Source: Candidatus Woesearchaeota archaeon
GTDB lineage: Archaea; Nanobdellota; Nanobdellia; Woesearchaeales; 0-14-0-80-44-23
DNA: 64,000 nucleotides
Reading direction: 5' to 3'
Assembly (NCBI GenBank): GCA_026394965.1
Contig: JAPLZQ010000103.1
Location: forward strand, 13,028-77,027
Shown: positions 1 through 9,022 of the stretch, piece after piece
Numbering within the stretch: position 1 is the first letter of the stretch
Layout of the letters: each line of letters begins with the position of its first letter
The notes under the pieces: model-generated
The model's database searches: none
Told to the model about the DNA's origin: nothing
What the model saw: the letters and a program-made list of their open reading frames with translations, nothing else
Made by a program: the position numbers and the translations under genes

Positions 1-174
1 AAAATATCTTAAAAGCTCATCCAAGACTGCATCAGATATCACAATCTTGTTTCCTGAGGAGATGATTTGCTCCGCGAGCTTCAAGCCATATTCACCCAAG
101 GGCTCATTCTGAAAGCCAACCCTGTCATTAAGAATATCAATCCAGATTGCAGTATCAAAATAATAACGGGGCAT
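1..174 (-). CDS. PIN-domain (VapC-like) protein, N-terminal part; gene runs off the window edge
   Basis: Reverse-complement of 1-174 translates from ATG (172-174) as MPRYYFDTAIWIDILNDRVGFQNEPLGEYGLKLAEQIISSGNKIVISDAVLDELLRYF with no stop before the window edge. The YFDT...D...ISDAVLDEL pattern resembles a PIN domain N-terminus. Confidence 0.3.
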   Translation of the reverse strand, partial: MPRYYFDTAIWIDILNDRVGFQNEPLGEYGLKLAEQIISSGNKIVISDAVLDELLRYF

Positions 175-285
175 GCCATTATCTGTAAATTCTGTCTTTA
201 TATGCGTTGCCTGAGAAAAGCACAAAATTTTCGGCACGCTCACAAAATCAAATGCTTTTTATATCCCTGCTGAATTACTGATTTT

Positions 286-1500
286 ATGGCTGAGCTTAAG
301 TTCCAGGACATTTCCTTCTCAGAGGGAAAGGATTCTGTCAGGGCAAATTTTCTAAGAATATTCTGCTTTGAAATCCCAAAAGAAGAGCTTTCAGGAATAG
401 CTCCGTTTAAGATAGATTCCCACAGCATAAGCTTTGAATGCCCTGAAAAGAGAGCCAGCAGCAGGTTCTACAACCTGCTTGAAAGGGGCTTTCTAAAATT
501 AAAAAATTCCATAAACGGGAGAAAGGCAGTTTACATTCACAGGAACTCAGGAATTCCCCTTATCGGGAGCAATGCTTTTGGGATAGTGGACAGAAACACA
601 TCCTGCGTTGAAGTCAAGCCAATAACAGGATGCAACATTGACTGCGGCTTCTGCTCAGTTGATGAGGGGCTCACGGGAAAGAAGACAAATGACATTGTGG
701 TTGAGGAGGAATACCTCATCAGCGAATTCAGGAAGCTTGCTGAGAAGAAAAAGTGCGGGCTTGAGGCGCACATAAACGCAAACGGCGAGCCCCTTCTTTA
801 TTCACGGATTGTGGATTTAATCAGGGACCTTAAGGCAATTCCCAATGTAAATACAATATCCATAGACACAAACGCAACAATGCTCACAAAAGAGCTCGCA
901 GGGGAGATGGCAGAAGCAGGGCTGACAAGGTTCAACATATCCCTGAGCGCAATTGACGATGCTGAGAGCAGCAGGATAAACAGGTGCAGACTGGACACAC
1001 GCCATGTAATGGAAATAGTAGAGTATGCTGCAACAATCGCAGACGTTATAATTGCGCCTGTCTGGATTCCAGGGCTTAATGACTCTGAAATCCCGAAGAT
1101 AATAGATTTTTCAAAAAGAATCAGGAACAAAAGCCAGAAAACTCCATTTATCGGAATCCAGAACTTCCTGAACTATCCCCACGGCAGAAACCCCGTGAAG
1201 GGGATTGAAATGGAGGAATTCCGGAAAAGGCTGGCTCTGATTGAGAAGAAATCAGGCGAAAAGCTTATTCTTGGAAAAGAGGATTTCGGGATAAAAGAAA
1301 CAGAAAAGCTCCAAAAGCCGTTCAAAAAAGGGGACATTGTCTCAGCAGAGATAAAGTGCGAAGGCAGGTTTCCCAGAGAGAGGATAGCATGCGCAAAGGA
1401 CAGGAACATAACAATCCTCAGCTGCGACAAGGACTCAGGCATTGTTAAAGTGAAAATTCTAAGAAGCAAGCACAACATCTTCCTCGCAAAGAAGATATAG
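286..1500 (+). CDS. radical SAM domain protein
   Basis: 404 aa ORF. CNIDCGFCSVDEG is a CxxxCxxC radical SAM cluster motif. The C-terminal about 60 aa (GDIVSAEIKCEGRF...) could be a TRAM-like beta domain. Confidence 0.6.
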   Translation: MAELKFQDISFSEGKDSVRANFLRIFCFEIPKEELSGIAPFKIDSHSISFECPEKRASSRFYNLLERGFLKLKNSINGRKAVYIHRNSGIPLIGSNAFGIVDRNTSCVEVKPITGCNIDCGFCSVDEGLTGKKTNDIVVEEEYLISEFRKLAEKKKCGLEAHINANGEPLLYSRIVDLIRDLKAIPNVNTISIDTNATMLTKELAGEMAEAGLTRFNISLSAIDDAESSRINRCRLDTRHVMEIVEYAATIADVIIAPVWIPGLNDSEIPKIIDFSKRIRNKSQKTPFIGIQNFLNYPHGRNPVKGIEMEEFRKRLALIEKKSGEKLILGKEDFGIKETEKLQKPFKKGDIVSAEIKCEGRFPRERIACAKDRNITILSCDKDSGIVKVKILRSKHNIFLAKKI

Positions 1501-1566
1501 ATTATCCGTGTGCATTTTTAAGCAATTTCAAAAAACTTAAATAATCAGACATTTCCCAAGAGTTTT

Positions 1567-2265
1567 ATGGGAAATGCGGGGGATGGCGACAAAAGCGTTG
1601 TGATAACATATGAAACCCTCTTTGAGATTCAAAGGAGGGAAAAAAACAGGGACGACCTCCAGAAGCTTGACCCGACCTTTTTCTCAGATGTGGTGAAATA
1701 CCTTCAGGACAAGAAGAACATACTTTCGCAGGCGCAGTCAACCCTTTTCTCATCAGAAGAAAAGGAAAAGACAGAGATTCAGGTTCAGAACATAAGAAAA
1801 ATCATAAAAGACCTCTATGACAGGAGGGAAAGGAAGATAATTGAGACTGCAATAATAAAATCAAAAACCAAATCCTCGGCAATAGCAATAGAAAACATGC
1901 TCCCTGAAGAAAAGCACATATTCAATGAAGTTGTAAAGGTTCTTGACCTTGCAAGGGAAGATGTGCTTTACAGCATAATAAATGCAAAAGAGCCCGAGCT
2001 TATGCAGGAAATCCGAAAAGAGAAAAATGAAGAGCATGAAATTAAGCATGAAGACGAGAATGCGCCTGAAAAGAAGGCAGAGGGAAAAGACGATAAGAAG
2101 GAAACAAAGATGGTGAGGTTCCTGCAGGCAGTCCCGAGATTCTACGGATTTGACTCTGAGATATACGGCCCCTTTGAGCAGGAGGACATAGCGTGCCTGC
2201 AGAAGGAGCTCGCAGACGTATTAATTCTGAAAGGGCGCGCAGAGCAGATAAGCGACGGAAAATAA
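1567..2265 (+). CDS. hypothetical charged protein, possibly GINS (Gins51-like) subunit
   Basis: 232 aa. The N-terminal helical segment YETLFEIQRREKNRDDLQKLDPTFFSDVVKYL resembles the A-domain of archaeal GINS. The middle is highly charged and the C-terminus is a small hydrophobic domain. The family assignment is tentative. Confidence 0.3.
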   Translation: MGNAGDGDKSVVITYETLFEIQRREKNRDDLQKLDPTFFSDVVKYLQDKKNILSQAQSTLFSSEEKEKTEIQVQNIRKIIKDLYDRRERKIIETAIIKSKTKSSAIAIENMLPEEKHIFNEVVKVLDLAREDVLYSIINAKEPELMQEIRKEKNEEHEIKHEDENAPEKKAEGKDDKKETKMVRFLQAVPRFYGFDSEIYGPFEQEDIACLQKELADVLILKGRAEQISDGK

Positions 2266-2315
2266 GAAAAAAAGAAAAAAGGGAAAATTGTCCCTCAACA
2301 TCATTAAAATATGAA

Positions 2316-2413
2316 TAGCCCCGCCCGGATTCGAACCGGGGTCCCCAGCTTTCCTCAAGCAATTTTATATTGCCTCCAAAGGCTGGGATGATTGGCCACT
2401 ACACTACGGGGCT
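2316..2413 (-). tRNA. tRNA-Gln (anticodon UUG) with an intron of about 25 nt at the canonical 37/38 position
   Basis: Reverse-complement reads AGCCCCGUAGUGUAGUGGCCAAUCAUCCCAGC-CUUUGG[intron GAGGCAAUAUAAAAUUGCUUGAGGAA]A-GCUGGGGACCCCGGUUCGAAUCCGGGCGGGGCU. The GUAGUGGCCAAUCAU D-arm is typical of archaeal tRNA-Gln. T-arm GGUUCGAAUCC. CCA is not encoded. Confidence 0.7.
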
Positions 2414-2440
2414 TTGCGAGGTAAGTCAAATTAAATGCCG

Positions 2441-2450
2441 GTTTTAAATA
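2441..2450 (-). promoter_or_regulatory. TATA-like box about 28-37 bp upstream of tRNA-Gln
   Basis: The + strand gttttaaata reads ATATTTAAAAC on the minus strand, at the expected distance for an archaeal promoter. Confidence 0.25.
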
Positions 2451-2469
2451 TCTTTGCAAAAATAAAAAA

Positions 2470-2841
2470 TTACTCCTCAGGAATCATCGTCCAGCCGAGC
2501 GATTTCATCTTTCTGGATAAAGAGCCTTTCACAAGCACCTCAATATGGTATCCCTGCGGGCATGTCTTGCACGCATCGCAAACTGCAGTTCCATCAGGAA
2601 CAGCAATTCTCCTGTAGCCGAGAACCTCAATATCAAAGGAGTTTGAAAAGTATGCTGTAATCAGCTGCTCCTCAGTCGGCGCCTTTACAAACTGCACATG
2701 CCCCTCAGAATACCACTCCTCCCATGGAGTTTTCTCGCACTGCATTGGCTGGAATCTGAACCAGAGCTCCTTGGAATATGCGCAGGAAGAAAGGACAAGT
2801 GAAGCTATGCAAAGCGCAATTATAATGTATTTTCCATTCAT
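2470..2841 (-). CDS. small secreted protein (N-terminal signal peptide), hypothetical
   Basis: 123 aa with N-terminal MNGKYIIIALCIASLVLSSCAYS hydrophobic leader and several Cys. No recognisable family. Confidence 0.4.
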   Translation of the reverse strand: MNGKYIIIALCIASLVLSSCAYSKELWFRFQPMQCEKTPWEEWYSEGHVQFVKAPTEEQLITAYFSNSFDIEVLGYRRIAVPDGTAVCDACKTCPQGYHIEVLVKGSLSRKMKSLGWTMIPEE

Positions 2842-3085
2842 GAAAATTCACCCCTTTTTTATTACAGATAATCAGAAATTGTTTTTTATTTAATAAACTT
2901 ATTCAATTGCTGTCCTTCAGCGGATTAATCTGATAATCTGAGTTCCGAGCAATTGCACTTTATTCCGAAAAATTTATAAATGCACCCCTGTTCTTAAAAA
3001 TAAGCCTTTCTAATGATTCTATCCAAATTAGAGGGGACTAGAAAGATTGAAACGCTCACAAAAACGGAAAAAATGAGGGATTGTA

Positions 3086-3775
3086 ATGGCAATAAAGAAA
3101 GGGGATTTTATTGAGATTGCATTCACAGGAATGCTTGACGACGGAATGGTTTTTGACACAACAGATGAAAAAACAGCAAAGGAAAGCGGAATCCACAATG
3201 CAAATTCAGAATATGGTAATTTAATCATGTGCGTTGGCGAGGGGCATGTGCTTTCCGGGCTTGACACAAAACTCATCGGGAAGGAAACAGGAAAGGAATA
3301 CGATTTCAGGCTTACTGCCGAGGAAGGATTTGGAAAAAAGGACACAAAGCTTCTGAGGCTCATTGCAACAAGCAAATTCACAAAGCAGAACATAATGCCC
3401 CAGCCAGGGCTTCAGGTCAGCATTGACGAAATAATGGGGACCATTAAATCAGTAACAAGCGGAAGGGTGATAGTTGACCTCAACCATCCCCTCTCCGGAA
3501 GAGCCCTTGAATACAAGGTGAAGATTGGAAGGCTTGTTACAGATTCCAAGGAAAAGGCAAATGCAATCCTCAAGATGAGGCTTGGAATAAGGGATGCTGA
3601 AATCACAATTAATGAAAGCGCGTGCGCAATAAAACTGAAGAGCAAGGTTCCAAAGACAGTTTTAGACACAGTCACAGAAGAGATAAAAAGATTATGCGGA
3701 TTTTCAAGCGTTGAATACACAGAGCCGGAAGAAAAGAAGGCAGAAAGCGCAAAAGAGCCGGAAAAATCCAAATAG
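3086..3775 (+). CDS. FKBP-type peptidyl-prolyl cis-trans isomerase (SlyD-like, with insert-in-flap domain and charged C-terminal tail)
   Basis: MAIKKGDFIEIAFTGMLDDGMVFDTTDEK... is a typical archaeal short FKBP N-terminus. 229 aa. Confidence 0.7.
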   Translation: MAIKKGDFIEIAFTGMLDDGMVFDTTDEKTAKESGIHNANSEYGNLIMCVGEGHVLSGLDTKLIGKETGKEYDFRLTAEEGFGKKDTKLLRLIATSKFTKQNIMPQPGLQVSIDEIMGTIKSVTSGRVIVDLNHPLSGRALEYKVKIGRLVTDSKEKANAILKMRLGIRDAEITINESACAIKLKSKVPKTVLDTVTEEIKRLCGFSSVEYTEPEEKKAESAKEPEKSK

Positions 3776-3890
3776 AACTTTTTGAAAGGTTATTTGCAAC
3801 AATTCATGTTCAAGGGATTTGCGGAAAAATTTAAATACCTGAAAAACCAAAGGTAAAACACAGGACAATTACGCTTAAAGAGGTGCACAA

Positions 3891-4976
3891 ATGGCTTATA
3901 TCCCGGGAAATGCAGTACACAGAAAGACTCTGCCGATAGACGCTGAGCTGGAAGAGATTGTCGGAAGGCAAAAGGCAACAATAAAAGTCGTCGGATGCGG
4001 AGGAGCAGGCAACAACACCATAAACAGGATTACTGAAGTGGGGGTTACCGGAGCAGAGACAATAGCAATAAACACAGACGCCCAGGATTTGCTTTACACA
4101 AACGCTGACAAGAAGATAATCATAGGGAGGGAGCTCACCAAGGGATGGGGAGCTGGTTCAGACCCGAAAATCGGCGAGCAGGCTGCAAGGGAAAACGAGC
4201 ACGAAATCAAGGAAGCCCTTATCGGCGCTGACATGGTTTTTGTAACATGCGGGCTTGGCGGAGGGACAGGAACCGGTTCATCGCCGATTGTAGCAGACCT
4301 GGCAAAAAAATCAGGCGCGCTGACAGTCGGGATTGTTACGCTTCCATTCTCAATGGAAGGGAAGAGAAGGTTTGAAAACGCAATAACCGGGCTTGAAAGA
4401 CTGGAAGCTGTCGTGGACACTCTCATTGTGATACCAAATGACAAGCTTCTCGAGCTTGCGCCTGACCTTCCGGTCCAGACTGCATTTAAGATTGCTGACG
4501 AGGTATTGACAAACGCAGTCAAGGGAATTGCCGAGCTTGTGACAAAAGCTGGGCTGATAAACCTTGACTTTGCTGACATAAAATCAGTAATGTCAAACTC
4601 GGGCGTTGCATTGATAGGAATGGGAGAGTCAGACACAAACGACAGGGCTACAGAGTCAGTTGAAAAGGCGCTGGAGAGCCCGCTCCTCGATGTGGATGTA
4701 AGCGGCGCAAACGGAGCATTAATCAACATATGCGGAGGGCCTGACATGACTCTTGAAGAGGCAAGGAAGGTTGTTGAGACAATCTCAGACAAGCTTGACC
4801 CCAATGCAAAAATCATATGGGGCGCCCAGATAAGCGAGGACCTTGCAAAAACAGTGAGGACAATGCTGATTGTAACAGGGGTTAAGTCCCTGCAGATTTT
4901 AGGCCCTGTCAATAAGACAGTTGACCGAAAAAGAAAGGACATAGAAAACGAGCTTGGAATAGAATTCATAAACTAA
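3891..4976 (+). CDS. ftsZ: cell division GTPase FtsZ (paralog 1)
   Basis: [16 protein letters not shown] tubulin signature GGGTG(S/T)G region, then [13 protein letters not shown], through to the C-terminal domain. 361 aa. Confidence 0.9.
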   Translation: MAYIPGNAVHRKTLPIDAELEEIVGRQKATIKVVGCGGAGNNTINRITEVGVTGAETIAINTDAQDLLYTNADKKIIIGRELTKGWGAGSDPKIGEQAARENEHEIKEALIGADMVFVTCGLGGGTGTGSSPIVADLAKKSGALTVGIVTLPFSMEGKRRFENAITGLERLEAVVDTLIVIPNDKLLELAPDLPVQTAFKIADEVLTNAVKGIAELVTKAGLINLDFADIKSVMSNSGVALIGMGESDTNDRATESVEKALESPLLDVDVSGANGALINICGGPDMTLEEARKVVETISDKLDPNAKIIWGAQISEDLAKTVRTMLIVTGVKSLQILGPVNKTVDRKRKDIENELGIEFIN

Positions 4977-5003
4977 AAAAATAACAGGCAAAGGTGGAAT
5001 GAG

Positions 5004-5204
5004 ATGAGCTTTGGTTCAAAGGTAAAGGATTCAATGAAAAGGATTAAGACATTTGTGATTGAGTGCAGGAGGGTGTTACAGATTACAAAGAAGCCCTCAA
5101 GGCAGGAATTCAGCGCAATAGTCAAGGTGGCAGGGCTCGGAATGATAGCAATCGGGGCAATTGGCTTTGTGATACAGCTCGCAAGGACTCTTCTAACCCA
5201 GTAA
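5004..5204 (+). CDS. secE: preprotein translocase subunit SecE / Sec61-gamma
   Basis: 66 aa with a single C-terminal TM helix (VAGLGMIAIGAIGFVIQLA) and basic N-terminus. Sits immediately upstream of spt5 and L11, the conserved archaeal order. Confidence 0.7.
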   Translation: MSFGSKVKDSMKRIKTFVIECRRVLQITKKPSRQEFSAIVKVAGLGMIAIGAIGFVIQLARTLLTQ

Positions 5205-5266
5205 TTATCTGACAGCACATAGTCTAAATAATCTAAAAAAAAGAGATTTCAGGAAGGTATTTTAAA

Positions 5267-5779
5267 ATGGCAGAAGAAAAATCAGGCGAATCAAAGATAT
5301 TCGCATTAAGGGTTACAGCAAACAGGGAAGACCAGATAATGGACTTCGTTTCAAGCAATGTTGAAAGGAAAAAGATAAACGTTTTCTCAGTCATAAGGCC
5401 GCACGGCATGAGAGGCTACATTTTCCTCGAAGCGCCGACTGCCCAGGATGCAGATGAGGCAGCGAAGAATGTGCCATACGCAAGGGGGCTTCTACCCGAC
5501 ACAGTGGCTTACGAGGAAATAGAGCACATGCTTGAGCCCAAGAAAAAGTCTGAAAGCGGCGTTAAGAAGAATGACATAGTTGAGATAATAGGCGGACCTT
5601 TCAAGAGGGAGCAGGCAAAAGTCATGAGGATAGACAAGACCAAGGAAGAGGTTGTTGTTGAGCTCCTTGAGGCAGCTGTCCCAGTCCCGATAACCCTGAA
5701 GCTTGACTCTGTCAAGACAATAAGAAGAGAATCTGAAGAGGAGGAAGAAGACAAGGATGATTCTAGAGATGATTACTAA
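5267..5779 (+). CDS. spt5: transcription elongation factor Spt5 (NusG homolog) with KOW motif and acidic C-terminal tail
   Basis: An NGN domain (IFALRVTANREDQIMDFV...) followed by the KOW segment KKNDIVEIIGGPFKREQAKVMRID. Conserved position between secE and rpl11. Confidence 0.8.
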   Translation: MAEEKSGESKIFALRVTANREDQIMDFVSSNVERKKINVFSVIRPHGMRGYIFLEAPTAQDADEAAKNVPYARGLLPDTVAYEEIEHMLEPKKKSESGVKKNDIVEIIGGPFKREQAKVMRIDKTKEEVVVELLEAAVPVPITLKLDSVKTIRRESEEEEEDKDDSRDDY

Positions 5780-5831
5780 AAGCCCAAATTTAGAAATCTT
5801 TATAAATTAATCCTTAATCCCAAAACTCAAA

Positions 5832-6611
5832 ATGACAAAAGACACAATTGAAGTTTTAGTAGAAGGCGGAAAGGCAACAGCAGCGCCTCCGCTTGGACCG
5901 GCATTAGGACCTGCAGGAGTGAACATCGGGCTTGTTGTGGCTGAAATCAACAAAAAGACAGCAAGCTTCAAGGGCATGCAGGTGCCTGTAAAGGTAATAA
6001 TTGAAACAGACACAAAGACCTTTGAGATAAGGGTGGGAACACCCCCGGCATCACAGCTGATATTCAAGGAAGCGGGAATTGAGCACGGCTCAAAGAACCC
6101 GAAAGACGAAAAGATTGCTGACATCAAGATTGAGCAGGTAATCAAGATTGCAAAGATGAAGGAGGATTCCCTGCTCGGGAAAAACCTCAAATCAAGGGTA
6201 AAGGAGATAATGGGAACATGCAACGGCATAGGAATCCTTGTTGAGGGAAAGCCTGCAAGGGAAAGCATAGCAGATGTTAATTCCGGCAAGTTTGATGAGG
6301 AAATCAGGCTTGAAAAGACAGAAATCTCAGCAGAAGAAGTAAAGCAGCTCCAGGAAGAAAAGACTCACCTCGCAGAAGAACTCGAAAAGAGAAGAGAGGA
6401 GTTCATGGCAAAAGCGAAGGAGATAATGAGCGCAATGCAGGGCAAGGAGAAAAAGGCAATAAAGATGAAGATGAGGGAAGCAAAGATTCCAGACGAAATC
6501 ATCACAGAACTCCTGCCGGCAGAGGAAGTGCCGGGAGCAGCAGGCGCTCCAGCTCCAGGAGCAAAAGCCGAGGCAAAGCCGGAGCAGAAGCCGGCAGCAG
6601 GGAAGAAATAA
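5832..6611 (+). CDS. rpl11: 50S ribosomal protein L11 carrying an unusual C-terminal extension of about 110 aa
   Basis: The N-terminal about 145 aa is canonical L11 (GGKATAAPPLGPALGPAGVNIGLVVAEINKKT...). The in-frame continuation is a charged coiled-coil-like segment and an Ala/Pro-rich basic tail (EEVPGAAGAPAPGAKAEAKPEQKPAAGKK). Confidence 0.8.
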   Translation: MTKDTIEVLVEGGKATAAPPLGPALGPAGVNIGLVVAEINKKTASFKGMQVPVKVIIETDTKTFEIRVGTPPASQLIFKEAGIEHGSKNPKDEKIADIKIEQVIKIAKMKEDSLLGKNLKSRVKEIMGTCNGIGILVEGKPARESIADVNSGKFDEEIRLEKTEISAEEVKQLQEEKTHLAEELEKRREEFMAKAKEIMSAMQGKEKKAIKMKMREAKIPDEIITELLPAEEVPGAAGAPAPGAKAEAKPEQKPAAGKK

Positions 6612-6709
6612 AACACTTCCCGCTTTTTTATTTTTTTAAAACTTCTTATTTTTTAACCTGATTATTTGAACACTCACCATAATTACTGAAAAGAATTTGT
6701 TTTTCTGGT

Positions 6710-6772
6710 GTTGACGATTACAATTTTTTAATAATTATGATGAGACGTTTGTTTTACGTTGTTGACGAATAC
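6710..6772. repeat. two 12 bp direct repeats GTTGACGA(T/A)TAC spaced 51 bp apart in the promoter region of the downstream transporter
   Basis: gttgacgattac at 6710-6721 and gttgacgaatac at 6761-6772. An AT-rich intergenic region lies downstream of a T-run after rpl11. Confidence 0.35.
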
Positions 6773-6863
6773 GAAAACAACTATTTTTTTATAATTATAA
6801 TTTTAATATTTTCTCTGAAAGTATTTTCGCATAATCCGATAATGTTAAATATCACCTCAAATT

Positions 6864-8543
6864 TTGGCATTGAGAGAAAAAGAGAGTGAAAATAGGATGA
6901 ATGGGCTGGGAATAAAAGATTCAGGAAAAGCTTCTTCAAAAGAAACTGCCAAATTGAAAGAGGATGAGAAAAAGGCAGAAATCGCATCCAAGCTCAAGCC
7001 AGTCATTGAAGAGGAGAATCCAGAAAACAGGATTCTGATAACAATCCCGAAAGATGCAATAAAGGAGCATAAGAAGGGGATTTTGGACCGGATTATACCT
7101 GATGACGGCAAAAACAATGAGACCAGCAAAAAAAGCCTCAAATACTCAATAATTGAGGGCTCTGCAAACTCAGTGATGACTGGATTCGGAGAGAACTACA
7201 TAAGCTCATTTGCAGTAAAGCTCAATGCAACTGATGTCCAGCTCAGCTTTATTGAGACATTCCCTGTTCTCATAGCATCATTCTTCCAGCTCTTCAGCGT
7301 GGGCGCAATTGACAGGATAAAAAACAGGAAGAAGATAATACTCTCGGGAATATTCGCACAGGCGTGCACATGGCTTCTTATAACCTCAATTGCGCTGTAT
7401 TTCAAAAACCCAATTCTTCTTTTGATATTCTTCACAATGGAAGTGAGCTTCAGGATATTTGTCAATCCCGCATGGAGCAGCATGATGGGAGAAATTGCCG
7501 AAGAAAAAATAAGAGGCAAGTACTTCGGGATAAGAAACAAGATTGCCGGCGCAATAAACTTTTTTGCAATGCTCATAGCAGGAAGAGTGATATACCTGTT
7601 CTCAATAAATGAAAAAAAGGACTTTGTGCTATACGGCTTTGCAATTCTCTTCGCGCTTTCATTTGTCGCAAGGATGATATCCTGGCATTTCATGAGAAAA
7701 ATACATGAAAAGCAGTATATCATTGAGGAAAAAAACAAGTTCACCCTCTGGCAGTTCATAAAGAACATGCGGATGAACAACTTCGGGATATTCATAATTT
7801 TCCTTTGCATCTTCAATTTTGCAGTTTATGTGTCATCCCCTTTTTTTACAGCATACATGCTGAAAGGGCTCGGTATGAATTTCTGGCTTTACACAATAGT
7901 CAACAGCGCAACAACAGTTGTGACATTCCTTGTCATGAGCTACTGGGGGAAATACTCAGACATATTCGGGAACAGGCACATATTTGAGATAACCGGATAT
8001 CTAACACCTTTAGTTCCAATACTTTTCATACTCTCCCCAAACCCTTATTACCTTTTCATAATCAATGCATTCTCGGGATTTGTGTGGGCTGGATTCAACC
8101 TGAGCTCATCAAACTACATTTATGACGCAGTAAGCCCCCAGAAGAGAGTTAGGTGCCTCTCATATTACATCTTCCTTGACGGAATTGCAATATTTTCAGG
8201 AGCACTTGCCGGCGGCTTAATAATGTCTGCGATAAAAGCGCCGATAGCGCTTCCGATAATCTCCCTTTCAAAATACCATGTCATATTCATTGTATCAGGG
8301 CTTCTAAGGCTTGCCGCAGTCGCCTATTTCATGCCGAAAATCAGGGAAGTGAGGCTCGGGATAAAGGAGGTTGCGAGCGAGGAGCTTTTCGTGAAGCTTA
8401 TTGCAATAGAGCCAGTGAAGAGCTTCTTTTACATGACGACAAGAAACATAAACTACGGGGTCGGAAAGATAGAAGAAATGGGGAAGAACTTCATAGAGCT
8501 CACTGAACTGGACAAGATTGTGAAAAAGAAAAAGAAAGAGTAA
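6864..8543 (+). CDS. multi-pass membrane transporter, MFS-like
   Basis: 559 aa. A hydrophilic Lys/Glu-rich N-terminus of about 90 aa is followed by about 12 predicted TM helices. The true start may be the internal ATG at about 6897 (MNGLG). Confidence 0.45.
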   Translation: MALREKESENRMNGLGIKDSGKASSKETAKLKEDEKKAEIASKLKPVIEEENPENRILITIPKDAIKEHKKGILDRIIPDDGKNNETSKKSLKYSIIEGSANSVMTGFGENYISSFAVKLNATDVQLSFIETFPVLIASFFQLFSVGAIDRIKNRKKIILSGIFAQACTWLLITSIALYFKNPILLLIFFTMEVSFRIFVNPAWSSMMGEIAEEKIRGKYFGIRNKIAGAINFFAMLIAGRVIYLFSINEKKDFVLYGFAILFALSFVARMISWHFMRKIHEKQYIIEEKNKFTLWQFIKNMRMNNFGIFIIFLCIFNFAVYVSSPFFTAYMLKGLGMNFWLYTIVNSATTVVTFLVMSYWGKYSDIFGNRHIFEITGYLTPLVPILFILSPNPYYLFIINAFSGFVWAGFNLSSSNYIYDAVSPQKRVRCLSYYIFLDGIAIFSGALAGGLIMSAIKAPIALPIISLSKYHVIFIVSGLLRLAAVAYFMPKIREVRLGIKEVASEELFVKLIAIEPVKSFFYMTTRNINYGVGKIEEMGKNFIELTELDKIVKKKKKE

Positions 8544-8596
8544 GCCATTAATAGCAGAGATAAATCAGATTGCAAAAAAAATGGTTCCTTAAATGC

Positions 8597-8875
8597 CTAA
8601 AGGTTGTTTTTTACCTTGTCAATATTCTCGGCAACATCCTGCCCCTTTTTTGTAAGGGTAAGAAGCTTTAGTCTGCCCTGCTTCTCGAAATTGATAAGCC
8701 CTGCCTTCTGCATCTCCTGCAGAATCTTCACAACATGTGAATAGGTGCAGTCAATCACTTTTGCAAGTGATGAGGCGTATATCTCAGACTTGGCATTCCT
8801 GAGCTCCACGAGCATCATTGCCGGCTTCTCTCTAAAAATCACATTAAAAATTTTCTTATTTTCCATAAAGTCCAC
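8597..8875 (-). CDS. winged helix-turn-helix transcriptional regulator (ArsR/TrmB-like)
   Basis: 92 aa. SSLAKVIDCTYSHVVKILQEMQKAGLINFEKQGRLKLLTLTKKG is a classic wHTH recognition helix plus wing. Confidence 0.5.
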   Translation of the reverse strand: MDFMENKKIFNVIFREKPAMMLVELRNAKSEIYASSLAKVIDCTYSHVVKILQEMQKAGLINFEKQGRLKLLTLTKKGQDVAENIDKVKNNL

Positions 8876-9022
8876 CCCGCACCCATCACCTCGGGTTAAA
8901 CCAGCGTGAAATCAAAAAAAACTCTTTATTTCCCCAAAAAAAATAATTATTAACTAATATTTAAATCTTTGTTTTTCCAATAGTTATTTAGAAATGGTTA
9001 TATTAAAGAGTTATTTCGGGCA

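Noticed and set aside
4094-4969. 291 aa minus-strand ORF antisense to ftsZ1. The same holds for 11992-13026, 21265-21738, 55724-56446, 14793-15188 and other antisense ORFs in the track.
   Set aside because: These are shadow ORFs on the opposite strand of well-supported genes. They have low-complexity Ser/Ala-rich translations and no motifs.
5832-6611. L11 fused to L10 (P0) or L12 (P1) stalk protein
   Set aside because: The extension lacks the L10 rRNA-binding domain. It also lacks the conserved acidic or hydrophobic C-terminal stalk peptide, and ends in a basic KK tail. It is treated as a novel extension instead.
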